DNA of 64,000 nucleotides from Chara braunii (Eukaryota > Plantae > Charophyceae): positions 2,036,047-2,100,046 of the forward strand of contig BFEA01000021.1 in NCBI GenBank assembly GCA_003427395.1, read 5' to 3'. The notes beneath the pieces are model-generated. The model was given only the letters and a program-made list of their open reading frames with translations. It ran no database searches and was not told where the DNA came from. A program made the position numbers and the translations under genes. Below, one piece after another: positions 1 through 12,374 of the stretch. Position 1 is the first letter of the stretch. Each line of letters starts with the position of its first letter.

Positions 1-19
1 TAGACAGAGTTTTCAGCCA

Positions 20-89
20 AAAAAGTTGCAAAAACTCAGTTTCAATTTCGTCCAAAAAATAAAAAATGTCCATTTTGACAAAATGGCAG
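20..89. repeat. Right arm of the foldback/MITE family also at 5185-5456 (runs off the window start)
   Basis: AAAAACTCAGTTTCAATTTCGTCCAAAAAATAAAAAATGTCCATTTTGACAAAATGGC matches 5396-5456. Confidence 0.7.
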
Positions 90-195
90 TTTTTCTTGTT
101 TCTTCACCCCATCTTTCTTTCTTTCTTGTTTCTTGTTTCCTCTCTACGTTTTGTGGCTTTTGCCCTCTTTTTTTTTTTTTTTGCCTTTTCTTTTT

Positions 196-226
<31 letters not shown>

Positions 227-1144
227 GCATCTTTTTGCTCCCCCGTCATTCTCTCCTCCCCTGCCCCGATCTCGACTTCCGGTCTTGATTACCCATACGT
301 GCCGAGTCTTATCCTGCTGCGTGCTGCTCGGGGCGCCGTCACATAGTACTCGTAGGAGTCATAGCTGTCTTAGACTACTACTAACCTATCATGATCATCT
401 TTCCAGTCAAACTCTGTGGAGTAATATGCAACATTGCCTTGGAGGCTCGGATTCTGTGCGTGCTGTGAGGCATTGGTTGCGCTTGGACGAAATCAAACTG
501 TGTTTCATGTGCGGCGCTTATCAGTTGTTGGATCCTGAGTAGCAGGCGAAAGCTTTTTGAAAGAGTCTTACCTAGTATTCACAATCATGGCAGTAAGGAG
601 TCTAAGGACAGCCGCGACAGTTTTCTGGAGCCACATCATACTAGGATGATGGACTCTTGTGGCTTACTTTCTCTTAATACTATCACCGTGACAGGAATTT
701 AGGCTACGTATTGAATTGCAATCCATGAGCTTATAAGTTATAACAACAAAATTTAAGGCCAGATGCGAAGGCCCTTCAGCCCGATTTTACACGGAGAAAA
801 CTAGCCCAGGAATTTTGGCACACGTTGCAATTCAAGCCGGCAAAAGTCGCCCAGGCCCCTGGAAATTTTAATAGATAATTAGTAAATTTAGTTATAGTTC
901 CAGCCTTCCTGGCCCACCCGTAGGCTGGCCATGTGCTAAGCAGGGAAGCATATAATATACAGACTGTAGCGAAGGGTGGCAATTGGGCAAACGAGCTTAT
1001 TAGTTACGGGGGAAAGCAGAGGGAAAAGGAGGCTGACTGAGCTGAGCCCGTTGGAAGCTTGACAACTTCAAGACTGGAAGCTCCGTCCAAAGAATCTTTT
1101 TTTTTCCCTCAATAATTGCTCAAACCATCCGATGAAAACCTTCA

Positions 1145-1697
1145 GTCTCATGGATGTCACGGGCTGACGAGTATTACCACCAGTACTTCCTGAAGTCGTG
1201 CCTGTTAACGCTACGCGATTTTAGGAAACGTACGGCCACTACAGGACCGCCCAAATTCATCCAACTCGAAACGTTTCTACTCTATTTTTTTCCGCGGCCT
1301 ATAGCTGGGCCAAGTACTGGTGGTTTAAGTCCTTGCTGCAACTGTGCTGGGGTGGGCTGAAATGTCATGACCCGTGTGGCCTCAGTTTTGAACACCCAGT
1401 CACAGTTGCAGTGGTAAAGGCATCATCCGCCTGTTACGGGCGAGGTCACCGGTTCAAATCTGGATGGATGCAGGTCGATTGGCTACAAACCTGAATCTCT
1501 GAACAACGCATCCGCGCACTCACCGGCCAGAGAATGTTCATCTAGGCAGGTGATCGTGTGTGCGTGAAGGCCGTGGAGGCTGCCTGCGGAGGATCTCATG
1601 GATGTCATGTCCTGACAAGTATGTCCTTGTTGCAGCCCTGCTAGGGTGGGCTGAATATCATGACCCTTATGGCCTCAACTTTGAACACCGGGTCACG
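1145..1697 (+). repeat. Tandem ~295-bp repeat with tRNA-like (SINE-like) head, units 1-2
   Basis: GGGTGGGCTGAA..TCATGACCC..GGCCTCA..TTTGAACACC recurs at ~1350 and ~1644. A-box-like TGCAGTGG at 1407, anticodon-arm-like CGCCTGTTACGGGCG, B-box GGTTCAAATC at 1451-1460; resembles tRNA-Asp. Confidence 0.65.
1176..1324. mobile_element. Small MITE inserted in the tandem repeat
   Basis: Perfect 13-bp inverted repeat ACCACCAGTACTT / AAGTACTGGTGGT; absent from sister repeat units at ~1618 and ~4505. Confidence 0.7.
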
Positions 1698-2026
1698 GAG
1701 GTCACTACCGCGGCCCGCGGCGGCAACCCCGCGGTCATGACCACGGAAGTGCCGTGGCAGCTGGACCGGGGTGGGGGGGGAGCGCGGTCCGGAGGTTTGG
1801 GTGCCCAGTCCGTCTGCGCACCTCCCGCCCCCGGCCGTGGAAGTGAAAAAACAAAAAAAAAAGTTTCTTTGGGGGGGGGATGAAATTTAAGGGGGGGTTT
1901 CAGACTTTCAGTGAGTTCACTCAGGGGGGGCAGAATCAACATGTCATGCGTATGCCTACAGGACTTGAGCTCATGACCTGTTATTCACCAGCAATGGCTC
2001 TCTCTCTCTCTCTCTCTCTCTCTCAC

Positions 2027-2064
2027 CTGTCTCTTATACACATCTAGATGTGTATAAGAGACAG
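2027..2064. other. Nextera mate-pair junction adapter (artefact)
   Basis: Exact CTGTCTCTTATACACATCTAGATGTGTATAAGAGACAG. Confidence 0.98.
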
Positions 2065-3879
2065 CACACACACAGTGCCACCCCTTCGAGAGCATAGCTG
2101 GTGAGCAGCACCTCACAGCGGCCACAGCACAGCATGAAGGGTAAGACTGATGATGGGAAACACCAAGGTGAAGCAGTAAGCTATCCGTACAACGAACACG
2201 GACGCAGCAGCTACACGAACGGGAAGACTGCCAGATCTTTTTTTTTTTCCCTGCCGTGTATACTACTGTGCAAGGAAAATGAGCAATAGATAAATGACAG
2301 AATTCCAGACTGCAAAGGAAGTTCAACCAAAACAGCGAACTTGGTTGTCAATGAAAGCATCATCTGGCCAATCACCAACAATGTAACCAAAAGCTCTTCC
2401 CTTCCTCCTACTTGGCGCTCAGCGCCCAGACTACGATCACGCAGCTACTGTCCTACGTCTCTGGTGATGAAGCAACCAGTTGACATCAGCAACAGCAACC
2501 GAGAGGGCGGGGGGGGGTTTCAGGGGTGAAATATGCCACCACCTAAACCCCAGCGCAGGCCCTGCTAAATGGCCCTTTTTTTTAGTTTTCCTCTGATTTT
2601 TCTTCTGTCTAGTACCTCCGAGCCTGTTTTTGCCGACCCTGAATTTCACTGCGCTCCGAGTTTGCCGAGCCTGGGTCCCACTCCATTCCTTTTCTTTTCT
2701 TTTCTTTCTTTTTTTCTTTTTTTCTTAACAAGAAATCTCAGCTCATTTGATTTCACACACCAAAACAGAGGCCAGGAGAAAAAAAGAGGAAAAAAAAAAA
2801 GAAAAGTTGCGGCCGTGAAACTCACCAAACAAGAAAAGGAAACAACACTCTGGCGGTGATTGCAGTTGTATACGTTCTTGGAAGTGGTAGTGTGAGTGTG
2901 CCCTCAGTGAGGGCATCTCCACCCCGTGGCCAGGTTTTCAGATTCCAAAAACACACACAAAAAAAAGAAAACAGAAACATGGATTCGGCCGTGAAAATGG
3001 CTGGATATGTTCCTCTAAGTGCCAGTGTGACGAGGGTTACAATCCTCTGAGGATGTGTTCGCCGTGAGATGAGAGGCCGAAGGAAAGAAAATCAAATAAA
3101 AGAAAAGAAAACGCTCTAAGACTTGCGAGCGCGGCTCGCCAGCAGAGCAAAGTGGGCCTAAGTAGATTTGAACTACTGACTTTACACTTCAGATTGTCAG
3201 ATTCCAGAAACAGAAAAAAAAAAAGAAAAAAAAGAAAGGGAAACAGGGATGGGGGCGTGAAATTGGCTGGATACATCAGGACTACAATCCTCTGAGGAAA
3301 CACAACCAGTGCAGATCACTGATTCCGCTCTGCCTCGTTGGCAGGGGACTAATAACAAACAAACCAGAAAAAAAGGAAAAAAAAACAACAAGTTTCAGAA
3401 TGTGACCGTCTTTGCTGTAGGATGCATTCTGTAGAGGAAGACTGTCAGCACAGCCTCCTAGACTACCCTGACTGTCAGCACTGTCAGCACGGTCTCCTAG
3501 ACTACCCTGCCCGACATCATTGCAGTACAGAAGCTTTCTTTTTTTTTCCTTTTCCTTTCAAGTGTGGGCAAAAGAAAACTAAGATTAATGGGACTCACCT
3601 ACCCTGGGTCCCAACCCCTATTTCTTCAGGGACAGACCATTACATTGTAATTTCCCAACACTGGCAGAGGTACTAGTGGTTTAACATTAAAAAAAAAACA
3701 GCAAGTCTCTGAATACATTCAATACAATCAATTCAAAGAAATATTGACAAAAGAAAATAAAATCCTTCTTCTTTTTTTGTTTTTCTTATTTTCGTTTATA
3801 GTTAACTTTATACCATTTTCGTTTTTTTTTTTTTTTAATTATGCAAAACTTATCGGTTTCTGCAAAAGAAAAAAAAAAT

Positions 3880-4690
3880 GTTGTTCGCCCCCCTTTTTTT
3901 CTTTCCTTTTTTCGGGCCAGGAAAAATCTTCAAAGTTCAAAGCCCTGCGACCACAACCCAAATGCGGCTGTCCGTGGCTGGGATCCCGAACGCGGGCCAG
4001 GATCTACCCTGCGGTCGCGACCGCTGGTGACACATAGACACATAGTCAGCCTGTTATGGGCAAGCTCACCGGTTCCAGTTTCACTCCGCCTGTCTGCAGG
4101 TCAAAATGGGGTTCGCCCCCCTTTTTTTTTCTTTTCTTTTTTCGGGCCAGGAAAAATCTTCAAAGCCCTGCGACCGCAACCCAACCGTGGCCGTCCGCGA
4201 CCGCAGTTGGGATCCCAAACGTGGGCCAGGATTGGCCCTGCGGTCGCGACCACGGGTGACACATAGTCAGCCTGTTATGGGCAAGCTCGCCGGTTCCAGT
4301 TCCACTCCGCCTGTCTGCAGGTCGATCTGCTACAAACCTGAGACTCTGAGTGCCGTACGAGCGCACTAACCAACCTGAGACTCTGAGTACCGTACCAGCA
4401 CACTAACCAGCCAGAGAACGATCATCCAGGCAGGCCATGGTGTGCACGAGGAGGCAGTGGAGGCTGCCTGCGGAGGATCTCATGCATGTGATATGCGCTG
4501 AGGAACGAGTCCTTCTTGCGACAGTGCTAGGGTGGGCTGAATGTCATGACCCGTATGGCCTCAGGAGTTTTGAACACCAAGTCACGGTTGCAGTGGTAAA
4601 GGCATCATCTGCGTGTTATGGGCGAGGTCACCAGTTCAACTCCATCTCCGTCTGGCTGTGGGGCTATCGGATACAAACCTGAAACTCTGA
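3880..4690 (+). repeat. ~230-bp tandem duplication, then continuation of the tRNA-like tandem repeat
   Basis: 3880-4100 duplicated at 4110-4322; 4260-4690 aligns to 1420-1690/1340-1500; ends in (CTGAA/ATGAA)n. Confidence 0.65.
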
Positions 4691-5184
4691 ACTGAACTGA
4701 ACTGAACTGAAATAAAATGAAATGAAATGAAATGAAACTGAACTGAACGGAAGGGAACGGAACGGAACTGAAATGAACGGAACTTGTGGTGTGAAAAAAA
4801 AAGAAAAAATGCAAAAAAAAGAAAACTTGTGGTGTGGTTGATGAAGTCTTAGAGATGCGTTGGATCAGTGTGACAACAAGTAGTGATTTTTTATTTTTTT
4901 TTCGAGTTTTCCTTCTCCCTGCTTTAAATGTCTTCATATATGAGAATTAAAAAAAGAAAAGAAAAAGTCTCCATATCCATTTCATACGGTCCCCATCATT
5001 CCCTTTTCAGAGGTGCGATTCAACTTTCTATTTTTTTTTTTTTTTGCCTGATTCAGCTCAACTCTCAATCGTGCGGTCTAAGACTTCCGTTGATCCAACT
5101 CAACTCTCAATGGTGCGGTCTAATTTATTTTCAGGTAGATCTCTGTTTCTCAACAACCCTCTTCCCCCGCATCCCCGGAATATG

Positions 5185-5456
5185 CAGCAATTTCATCAAA
5201 ACGGACATATTATATTTTTTGAACGAAATTGAAATTGAGTTTTTGGGCAGAAATCTCATCCAAATTTTTGGCTCCGAGAACGCCGGACTCCCTAGATGCA
5301 TCTGACCTCAAGCAGAGACCATATACATCTAGGGGGTCCAGCGTTTTGGGAATGTCTTATCCCCAGAAGCTAAAAATTTGGACCGGATTTTGGCCCAAAA
5401 ACTCAATTTCAATTTCGTTCAAAAAATATAATATGTCCGTTTTGACGAAATGGCTG
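5185..5456. mobile_element. Foldback/MITE with ~90-bp terminal inverted repeats
   Basis: CAGCAATTTCATCAAAACGGACATATTATATTTTTTGAACGAAATTGAAATTGAG is inverted at 5400-5456. Confidence 0.8.
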
Positions 5457-5574
5457 ACACATAAAGTCATAATGAATGTGCGTTCTGCTCAGATAAAGTC
5501 ATAATGAATGTGCGTTCTGCTCGGGGACAACCATAATTCAGTCAAACGAAAATGCGACTGAGTTCGATTAATTT

Positions 5575-5912
5575 TTCAAATTTCAATTTCAACCTTTGAG
5601 GACATACGCTCAGACCAGGGCCTTTTTTTTCCGAGGCTCTGGACGCAATTACGGCAAGATGCATCCAGGATCTGGCCATGATTGGATGTCGCTAGAGTGA
5701 ATTTTTTTCCTTCTTCAGGCTCACGAATTAGTGAACAATTTTCGAATTTCAATTTCGACCTTTGAGGACATACTCTCAGACAAGGGCCTTTTTTTTGGGG
5801 GGAGACATGGCTCTGGACGCAATTACGGCAAGATGCATCCAGGATCTGGCCATGACTGGATGTCGCGAGAGTGTTTTTTTTTTCTTCTTCTGGTTCACGA
5901 ATTAGTGAACAA
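5575..5912. repeat. Tandem duplication, 2 x ~170 bp
   Basis: TTTCAATTTC..CCTTTGAGGACATAC..CTCTGGACGCAATTACGGCAAGATGCATCCAGGATCTGGCCATG..CACGAATTAGTGAACAA occurs twice. Confidence 0.85.
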
Positions 5913-6794
5913 GCCATGCAGAGCTATGTACTGCCTGTGAGATCCTACTCATCGAATCTGGCCGTAATTGCAATCAGATACATTAAATTTTAGGAAAGTG
6001 CTAGTGCCTGCATGCCTTCAATCACATAATTTCCATGTCCAATTAATAATCTCCACAATTTCTTTTATATATATTTTTTAATCTCCACAATTTTTAATTC
6101 CCCTGTTCCATGTCACATCATCTCCACAATTCACTGCGAATATTTCAATTAAATTTAATAATTATTTTATTTCGCTCAAAATTTTAATTAACATGGAATT
6201 TAAATGGACGGCGTGTCATGTTGCTTAATATTTCCAAATGAAAATCCCTAAAAAGAAAGGTTTCAAAATTCAACATAACTAATTTGTCATAACATCTTTT
6301 TTCAGATTTTTCTTCAGTTTCTACTTTAACAAAGAAAAAAGAAAAGGGGATGACCTCGAGTTTTTTTTTTTTTTTTTTTTTTTAATCCTCGGACAATTTT
6401 CAAGACTGGCGAGTTNTGAAAAGTGAGTCGAAATGATCTAAAATCACCTATCATAAGAAAATCGCTTCTACTCCGCTTGGGGGGAGTGGAGACGAAGGGG
6501 GGGGGGGGGGGAGGAGGGTGGAGACGAAGGCTTTCTTTTCTTTTTTGCCCTTTTCTTTGATAAATGAATTAATACTGTAATAAATTGTAACATGCATATG
6601 TAATCCTAATTTTTCGACAAAAAAAAAGACTCCCCTTGTAATCAATCCATCACATTGGGAAAAAAAAAAAAAAAAAAAAAAAAAGCATCGTGGTGAAGAT
6701 ATGGAAAAAATAAATAAATCAATGAAAAAATAAAAAAAAAGTACCCGTGCCGCTACTTGCTGCGGAGAATCTTCCACGCTAATTTATCTGGGCA

Positions 6795-6957
6795 AGTCGA
6801 TTTTTTAGCGGGCAAAAAAAAAAAACAAGTGGACAAAAGCACTCGATTTTTTAGCGGGAAAGAAAAAAGTGGACAAAAGCACTCGATTTTTTAACGGGAA
6901 AAAACAAAACAAGTGGACAAAAGCACTCGATTTTTTAGCGGGAAAAAAAAAAGTGAC
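6795..6957. repeat. Minisatellite, ~4 x 40 bp
   Basis: AAGTGGACAAAAGCACTCGATTTTTTAGCGGGAAA repeated. Confidence 0.85.
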
Positions 6958-7005
6958 ACTCCGCACATAGCTCAGGTAACTCTTGGTAAACAGATAATGA
7001 GTTCA

Positions 7006-7243
7006 GATCCCGCTGGAGGCTACCTCTTTGGAGCCAAAAAAAGAAAAGAAAAAGAAAGGATCAGAAACGGCAAACTCAAGGAAAAAGAGCGATAGATATC
7101 GATCGACGGACAATCCAGATTCGCGAAGCACGAGGGGACCAGGGTGTGAATCAGACGCTTTTTTGCCTTGGGTTTGCCGTTTCAGGTCCCTATTTTTTTC
7201 TTTTTTTTTTTTAGGCTGCAAAGAGGTAGCCTCCAGCGGGATC
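7006..7243. mobile_element. Foldback element with ~90-bp imperfect arms
   Basis: GATCCCGCTGGAGGCTACCTCTTTG ... CAAAGAGGTAGCCTCCAGCGGGATC, plus inner AAACGGCAAAC/GTTTGCCGTTT. Confidence 0.8.
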
Positions 7244-7352
7244 GAGCGTCTGATTCAGAATTATGGGAACATGCTCTATGTAGAGATCCAGAAGAGCAAA
7301 GGAGTCTGCGTGCATATGTGTGAGAAAAGGGAGGAGACAAGTCCAGACGCAC

Positions 7353-7354
7353 AT

Positions 7355-7441
<87 letters not shown>

Positions 7442-7600
7442 TCAACTTGGTTGTAACGGGATATGGTCAGGTATCGATAATGGATTTAAAGACAAGCATT
7501 GAAAAGGCTTCAGAAGTTCAGAACAAAACGACAGAGAAAAGGAAGTGGAAAGAGAGCGCTGCAAGAGAGGAGGACGCATAAGAAAGAAGAGAATACAGAC

Positions 7601-7668
<68 letters not shown>

Positions 7669-7872
7669 TCACCTTCTCTTTCTGGATCTTGTAAGCCACG
7701 CAGTCGTCGGCCGATTGCGCACCCCCCTGGACTGTCTGATCTCCGTCCCGATCCTCAGAGTGTACTTCGCCCGCTCGATCCTCTACGCCCTGCTTTCCTT
7801 CTTTCCACCGTAAGATTCTCAAGAATGTCGCGCACACCCCGGCCGCGCACCTTACCTCCCCCCCCCCCCCCC

Positions 7873-7926
<54 letters not shown>

Positions 7927-7927
7927 T
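7353..7927. repeat. Microsatellite cluster (AC/AG/CT/GT)n
   Basis: Directly visible; similar runs at 12035-12098, 13450-13508, 15070-15113, 15465-15550, 45025-45074. Confidence 0.95.
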
Positions 7928-10264
7928 CTAGATGTGCATCGCGTAAGGATGAAGACGAAGAAACACACTTGCTCATGAATGACGACGAATCTCTAGCAAT
8001 CCAAATCGGAAGCTATTTTTATCCTTTTCTCTATTTATTTATTTTTTCTCTCCCCGAAATCGATCATTTCGCGTGTGTGGGAACGCTCGAAATCAGTTAT
8101 GGGTCCAACTTCTTTTCATGGCAACCTGAAGTGTGCGGGTCCTGAGTTCATGAACAGCAGTCAATTTCAAATGAGTCAGCTTTACATTGCAGCTTTAATT
8201 TCTTCGAAAGCGATTCAATTCAATGCTTGAATCGAAATTTTGATTGAATTCGTTTAATTTCTCTCTCGTCGACAAGAAGTAGTGTCCAAGAATCGAAATT
8301 TGGACTTAATGAACTCAGCACACGACTTCTATAACTCAATTGAGTCCAAATTTTGATTGAATTCGTTTGAATTCTCTCTCGTCGACAAGAAGTAGTTAAA
8401 AAAAAACAAAACTACAACTTCAGAAGGCCCTATCAGTCAAACAAAGCAAAAAATGACACATCCCACAGATAAACCAATTGCCACTGTCACAACAAAGTTC
8501 AGCATTTTTTTTTCTTTTTCTTGTTTTCTTTTTTTCTTTTCTTCAGCAAACTGTTTTTTTTTCTTCTTTTTTTCTTTTTTTCAGCAAATTGAATTTCTTC
8601 TCTTTAAATTTTCTTTTCTTCAGCAATTTGTTCTTCTTTTTTTTTTTTTTTTCGGTTTTTCTTTTTTTCCTTCCTTCTTTCTTCAACTCCACATCTCTTG
8701 GTATTGTCGAAATCTTCATCTGTCCTACAATTCGTGAATTTAATTTAGTGCTGCTCCTGACCTGCTTGATTCTACTGACCAGTCAGCAACAGAAGCCCTT
8801 ACACAAGTCTATTAATGAATTGGATATGATTGGATTAAAAAAAAAAAAAAAAAAAAAAAAGAGGAGCCGTTACCTCCGGAGATAGGACAGGCAAGCTGAG
8901 GATGACGCGGATTCATGTGCACAAGGATACCCAAGGAGAGAGATGCGCCAGCACTGCATATACATATATATACCGGGCAGATCTGTCCTACGCTTCTTAA
9001 TAATCTCGTCTAGAGATCTTGTCCCTCCCAAACCTTAATACCTTATGACATCTGAATTTCCAATAAGGACAACCATGCGATTTTTTTAAATTGCAAAAAA
9101 AAATAATAATAACGATGCGATTCTGAGGATTCCGTTACTACCTTCTTTTTTCTTTTTCTTTTTCTTTTTTCTTTTTTTTAATTCTGCCACTACTAGTAAG
9201 CACTCTGCTAATCGATAACTCTTTCTTTTTTTTCAATTTGGAAATAATTCTGCATTTCACAGAAATAGAAATAATTATTGCCGTAAACCTGTGACAAAAC
9301 GAAAATTCCAAATTAAAAAAAAAATCGAGAATTATAGAGAATTAGAGAAAATCGAACACCAAACACGAAGTTAGTCGATGCAAATTCTTTTTTTTTCCCT
9401 CTCTCTTTTTTTTTCTCTCTCTCTTTTTTTTTTTTTTTATCTTTTTTTTTCCTTACAGATGCACGTTCTCTTCTTCCCCTCTTCTTCTTCTTTTTTTTTT
9501 TTTTTTTTTTTCCAACTCCTCGTGTTGCCATTACAGAGATATGTGATAGATATACAGAATTGGGACAANAATCTGCCAGAGATAATTAAAAAAAGGCAAA
9601 GTGGATGCTCTCAGTACTCCCTTGTTGAATTTTGTGTGTGGTCCCCGTGCACGTTCAATTTTATGCAATTTTATGTCGAATGTTCAATTTAAAAAAAAAA
9701 AAAAAAAAAAAACACTCGTCTTGTTCAACTGAGAGAGAGTACTCACACTAGTAGTACGGTGGTTTCGAGTCACCTCCGGACGCAAAACTGCAGTCAAATA
9801 CATGCACGTGCAGCCAGCCTTGATTACGGTCAGGTACGTCTGCAAAAGTCCCAGTGTGCATGCGCTCGGACTCTAGCGGTACGCGCACAGCCCCCCGCCG
9901 ACAGGTTGCTGCTGCTGTCTCTCAGCTTGGTCGCTATTAGACGCTGGTAGCGCAGCCGACCGCCGGTACAGTACAGTAGTACACGCCCCCAGCCTTGTCG
10001 AGATTGGCGCACAGTGCAGCCCCTCCGGGCCGTGCTGTGCTGGTCGTGGAAGGGAAAAAAAAAAAAAGTAAAAAAAAAGTGTTATAATACCGCATTCCTC
10101 GCGGGGACGCAGCCATACGGGTGGCGTGTTATATGGTGTACATTGCAGACCTGGCAAAAGTATGCCGCTTTCCACGCGGGGCCGCAGCCATACGGGGGGT
10201 GGGATGTTCTGTTTCTTTTTTTTTTTTTTTTATGGCATGTTCTACGTTGTACACAGCAGACCAG

Positions 10265-10431
10265 GGGCGTGGTCCCACTAGCAAAGAGGATGGGATAGAA
10301 ATCCTGAATCTGGCCATGTTGTATGCAGAGATACAGAAAAGCAGTTCGATCTCGATTTCCTGCTCCTGTCCTCGAACACGTCCAGATTTAGGCATTCAAT
10401 CTGATGCTCTCTTGCCAATGGGACCACGGCC
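10265..10431. mobile_element. PIF/Harbinger (Tourist-like) MITE, family 1
   Basis: TIRs GGGCGTGGTCCCACTAGCAAAGAG / CTCTTGCCAATGGGACCACGGCC, flanked by CAG; probable relative at 34112-34235. Confidence 0.7.
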
Positions 10432-10624
10432 CAGGAAGAAAAAAAAAAAAAAAAAAAAAAGACCTGGCAAATGTCTCGTTCCCGTCGGACTTCAGGCGTT
10501 GCTCTCAGTGGTTGACTTTTGCTTCAGATTTTTTTTATTATTTTTTTTTTGCTTCAGAATCTTTGTTCGTCTGCTTGATAGATCTGTTTGTCGAGGTCTG
10601 TCTTGAGGCCTCCTACGCTCCTGA

Positions 10625-10791
10625 GGGCCAGATCCCACTGGCAAAGAGGTTTGGAGGAAGTGGATGAAGGTGGACGTGTTCCGCGCAGAGATGCAGAAAA
10701 ACAGAACAGTCACAATTGTTTGCACATCTCCACAAACACGTCCAGATTCGGACTCTTTTTTCCAATCCTCTTTGCCAGTGGGATCTGCCCC
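10625..10791. mobile_element. PIF/Harbinger (Tourist-like) MITE, family 1
   Basis: TIRs GGGCCAGATCCCACTGGCAAAGAGG / CCTCTTTGCCAGTGGGATCTGCCCC; flanks TGA/TAA; internal similarity to 10265-10431. Confidence 0.75.
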
Positions 10792-10806
10792 TAACTCATA
10801 GCCTAA

Positions 10807-10929
10807 GGGCCTCGCCACACCACTCTCGAAATGTGAAAAAGACAAAAGATGTGGCGTCTGCATCTGGTCATGTTCTATGTGGAAGTTCATCCTCATTTTT
10901 CACATTTCGAGAGTTGTGTGGCCGTGCCC
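10807..10929. mobile_element. Tourist-like MITE, family 2
   Basis: ~34-bp TIRs GGGC..CCACACCACTCTCGAAATGTGAAAAA; TAA TSD at 10804-10806 and 10930-10932. Confidence 0.85.
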
Positions 10930-12058
10930 TAACTCGCATCGTGACGGTGGATCTGACGAGACTGAAGTCGTGCTATTGGCAGATCTTAGCAATCCTTTTT
11001 TTTTTTTTTTTTTTGGCTTAGCAATTTCCATGGCGACAGCATTTTCTTTTTTTCTTTTTCTTTTCTTTTCTTTTTTTTCCCTATGTTCTTCTTTCAACTT
11101 CTGTTTTTGCCTTTCACTACCTACTCCTAAGGCTATCTAGAGGGGACTCCTGCAAGCATAGTTTCCTCTCACTGTGAAGGGGAGATTTCATGTTGCCCCT
11201 TGCCCCTAATGTTTAGGGTACAGGGATGGGGCCGCCAGTGGGGTTCTGGCTAACACAAAGACCGAGACCTGCCAGTAGCTGCGCCTCCCTTTCTCATCGT
11301 CCCCCACCCCTCATCGAGTAGCAGCAGTAGCTATGGCCAACACTCTCCCGCACACCACACACAACCCACTCGCTCTCGCAATCACACCCATGTTGGTCAT
11401 AGATTCCATTAATACCGATCAGGAGTATCCAGAGGACTCTGCGAAACAAGCATATATTCCAGAAAAAAAAAAAAAAGCATATAGGGCGTCGCAGCACCGC
11501 TCACAAAATGTAGAAAATGAGAATGAATATCCCCCTAGAACATGGAAAGATGCACCGCCATTATTTTTGTCTTTTGTGCAATTAGAGAGTTGGTGCGGCG
11601 AGGCCCATATTTGAAGAGAAAGGAAAAGAGATGTGTTGTGTGTGTATAGCTACGACCGGGCTTGAGCGCATGTCAAGTTTTAGTTGTTAGCTGTTCAAAG
11701 GTACAAGTGAACCCGCCGCGGCGAAGCCGCGGCCCAGCGGCCCAGCGGCCCAGCGGCAGCCCGACACGGCATTATATGGCCAGGGTGGTCTTTTTTTTTT
11801 CTTTTTTTTTTTGGGTGGTGTTTGAACGTGAGGGACGCGGAGCATTCGGGGGGCGCGTTGGCCGAGGCATCACCACGCCGTGGGATCCTTTTAAAAAAAT
11901 CAGAACTATTTGATTGCGGTCGTGCTCACGTCTGCAATTCAACAGTTTCATGAGTGCATCAACTGAGCAGCCTGCCAATGTGGGAAGACACACCGCCCAC
12001 GGACACAGATACATTGAAACGAAATCTCTCGAGAGCGAGCGAGCGAGCGAGCGAGCGA

Positions 12059-12101
<43 letters not shown>

Positions 12102-12337
12102 CCATCGACAGGATGAACAACACACTGGCCAACGTGTAAGTCTCCAACCCCGCGTTTGGCCCCACGCTTCCATCGCTAGGATGAGCAAAATAGAAAGAAT
12201 CCTCCACTAGAACACGGAAAACAGGAAGCACAAAATATATATATATATTAATATATCGTCAAATAGAACTGCCCGGTAAACCGTAGGCAGAGAGGGAGAA
12301 GAGGACAACAAACGAGGGGCTGTGACAAACTGTTTCG

Positions 12338-12374
<37 letters not shown>

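Noticed and set aside
1399-1465. Functional tRNA gene
   Set aside because: No proper acceptor stem or terminator; part of a repeat unit
2027-2064. 38-bp palindrome resembling transposon ends, with VSYTHLDVYKRQ peptides in ORFs
   Set aside because: Library adapter (Tn5 mosaic ends), not biological; same at 47384 and 47621
6795-6957. CRISPR-like spaced direct repeats
   Set aside because: Spacers are just A-rich linkers; eukaryotic context, no cas genes
8874-8953. Possible minus-strand host exon (CAG|...|GTAAC)
   Set aside because: No recognisable protein or partner exons; cannot be supported without RNA-seq
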